Of a stretch of 33,904 nt of DNA, positions 32,762 to 33,904 are shown one piece after another (positions within the stretch are counted from its first letter, which is position 1; each line of letters opens with the position of its first letter). The stretch is from Caldilineae bacterium (GTDB lineage: Bacteria > Chloroflexota > Anaerolineae > J102). The stretch spans positions 1-33,904 of the forward strand of contig RFJM01000149.1 in assembly GCA_003694905.1 (NCBI GenBank), written 5' to 3'. Position numbers and translations under genes: made by a program. The notes under the pieces were generated by a model that ran no database searches, was not told the DNA's origin, and saw nothing but the letters and a program-made list of their open reading frames with translations.

Positions 32762-32790
32762 TTGACATGGCCCCTGAAGCGCTATATGAT
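32762..32790 (+). promoter_or_regulatory. Candidate sigma70-type promoter of the downstream membrane-protein gene
   Basis: TTGACA (32762-32767), a 17-nt spacer, then TATGAT (32785-32790), about 40 nt upstream of the ATG at 32829 and directly downstream of repeat copy C. Confidence 0.5.
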
Positions 32791-32828
32791 CTCTTTGCCC
32801 ATTCCCCGATGCTGTGGCGCGCTCTACC

Positions 32829-33904
32829 ATGAATCCAGGCTACTCCTCCCCGGCTTCGGACACGTGGGAGACAGCAGAGATCCCGGCGAGCGAACACCCG
32901 GACTACTCGGCGCTCGTGGACAGCCGCTGGCTGAAAGACGTGCTGCGTCCCTTGCTCATCGCCATCATGAGCACAAGCCTGTTGCTGGGACCGGTGGCGC
33001 TGGGGAGGATGATCACGCAGGAGGAACGGTATTATCTGCTGTTGCCTTTCTGTTTCGGGGTGGCGCTCGAAGCCGTCTATACCCGCAACTGGCTGGCACA
33101 ACCGCATCTGCGCCGGCATCGGGATGTCCGCATCCAGGTAGGCGAGTTGTCGCTCTGGCTGGTGGTGTTGAGGCTGCTTACCTGGTACATTCGCGGACAG
33201 GTAATCGATCTGGCGGCCGTGAGGGCCTGGCTCTACGAACCGGGCAGTTTTTTCGACCTGCTCTTCCTCTTCGGCATCTTGATGACGGTAGTCGTGTGGA
33301 AATTTGCGGGTCTGATTGCAGGCATATTCATCGACCTGGGCCTGCGGCCGGATGAACTGGTAGACTACAAGGCCGCGCATCGCGAGCGGGCCTGGGTGCA
33401 GGCGTTGCCCGTGGATCGGCAGGCCTTGTTGGAGCAGTATGTCGAGCTGTGGATGTGGGGTGGTGTGCTGCTCGTCTTCACGGCAGCGGTGGGCCGGGTG
33501 CGGTTCGAACCACAGCCCGGCAAGCTCATCGGCTTGCGCACGCTCGGTCTGGGGCCGGATCTCATCCTGGCCCTGGTATCCTATTATCTCGTCGGGCTGG
33601 TGCTCCTCAGCCAGGGGCGGCTGGCACAGCTGCGCGCACGCTGGCACCGCGAAGGCACCCCCGGCATCGCCCAGGTCGCCCGGCGCTGGAACCGATACGC
33701 CCTGCTGGCCATTTTCGGCATCGGCCTGCTGGCTTCTCTGCTGCCCTTTGGCTCTACCTATGGGCTGGCTCTGATTATCGGGGCGGTGATCCAGGCGGTG
33801 CTCTTTCTCTATTTCCTCGTTTTTGCACTGATTACGGGTCTACTCTCATTCTTGCTGGGACTGTTCGGTGTGGCGCCACCGCCGACGGCCCCGTCCCCCC
33901 AACC
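32829..33904 (+). CDS. Multi-pass membrane protein, N-terminal part; gene runs off the right edge
   Basis: Absent from the ORF track because it has no stop inside the window. Translation from the ATG at 32829 reads MNPGYSSPASDTWETAEIPASEHPDYSALVDSRWLKDVLRPLLIAIMSTSLLLGPVALGRMI...LALIIGAVIQAVLFLYFLVFALITGLLSFLLGLFGV. There is no stop for 358 codons, third positions are GC-rich, and there are several clear TM helices. It supersedes the track ORFs 32762-33355 (+) and 32703-33647 (-). Confidence 0.7.
   Translation, partial: MNPGYSSPASDTWETAEIPASEHPDYSALVDSRWLKDVLRPLLIAIMSTSLLLGPVALGRMITQEERYYLLLPFCFGVALEAVYTRNWLAQPHLRRHRDVRIQVGELSLWLVVLRLLTWYIRGQVIDLAAVRAWLYEPGSFFDLLFLFGILMTVVVWKFAGLIAGIFIDLGLRPDELVDYKAAHRERAWVQALPVDRQALLEQYVELWMWGGVLLVFTAAVGRVRFEPQPGKLIGLRTLGLGPDLILALVSYYLVGLVLLSQGRLAQLRARWHREGTPGIAQVARRWNRYALLAIFGIGLLASLLPFGSTYGLALIIGAVIQAVLFLYFLVFALITGLLSFLLGLFGVAPPPTAPSPQ

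Noticed and set aside
32703-33647. 314-aa minus-strand ORF and the overlapping 197-aa plus-strand ORF (32762-33355)
   Set aside because: Both are Arg/Pro/Gly/His-rich with no helices or motifs. The third plus frame from 32829 encodes a coherent polytopic membrane protein and remains open to the window end.

Overview
GC-rich (by eye) bacterial chromosomal window. It is gene-dense, and almost all real genes lie on the + strand. Many long antisense shadow ORFs in the six-frame track are not real genes. The gene content (F420 ligase, weak Shine-Dalgarno signals, FG-GAP/BACON secreted protein) hints at a Chloroflexota-like organism, but that is inference only.

Gene order:
- (-) partial HlyD-type adaptor and a Yip1-like membrane protein.
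- (+) TetR regulator, two ABC-2 permeases, two ABC ATPases and two HlyD adaptors (a YbhGFSR-like efflux operon).
- FmdB zinc-ribbon protein, Zn-alcohol dehydrogenase, a small hypothetical, obg, nadD.
- amt, an unknown 326-aa protein, glnA.
- A triple-GAF histidine kinase and a REC-REC-LuxR regulator.
- secD, secF, an MDR dehydrogenase, a large secreted FG-GAP/BACON-like protein.
- (-) cofE.
- (+) four tightly coupled genes: a ThiS/MoaD-like::LarA-like fusion, tag, a YcxB-like membrane protein and an SPPY-type DNA methyltransferase.
- (+) a partial multi-pass membrane protein running off the right edge.

No rRNA, tRNA, CRISPR, transposase or integrase was recognised.

Most noteworthy observations:
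1. An in-frame fusion of a sulfur-carrier-like beta-grasp domain (ending in Gly-Gly) to a LarA-family nickel-pincer-cofactor enzyme.
2. That gene is translationally coupled to a 3-methyladenine glycosylase and an orphan methyltransferase.
3. An uncharacterised protein occupies the position between amt and glnA where a PII protein is usually found. A 34-bp near-perfect AT-rich palindrome lies in front of glnA.
4. A structured GC-rich repeat family (two long copies, one short, one diverged). Its two long copies each end about 20 nt upstream of a near-consensus sigma70-type promoter.

All functional calls rest on motif recognition by eye. No database search was possible.
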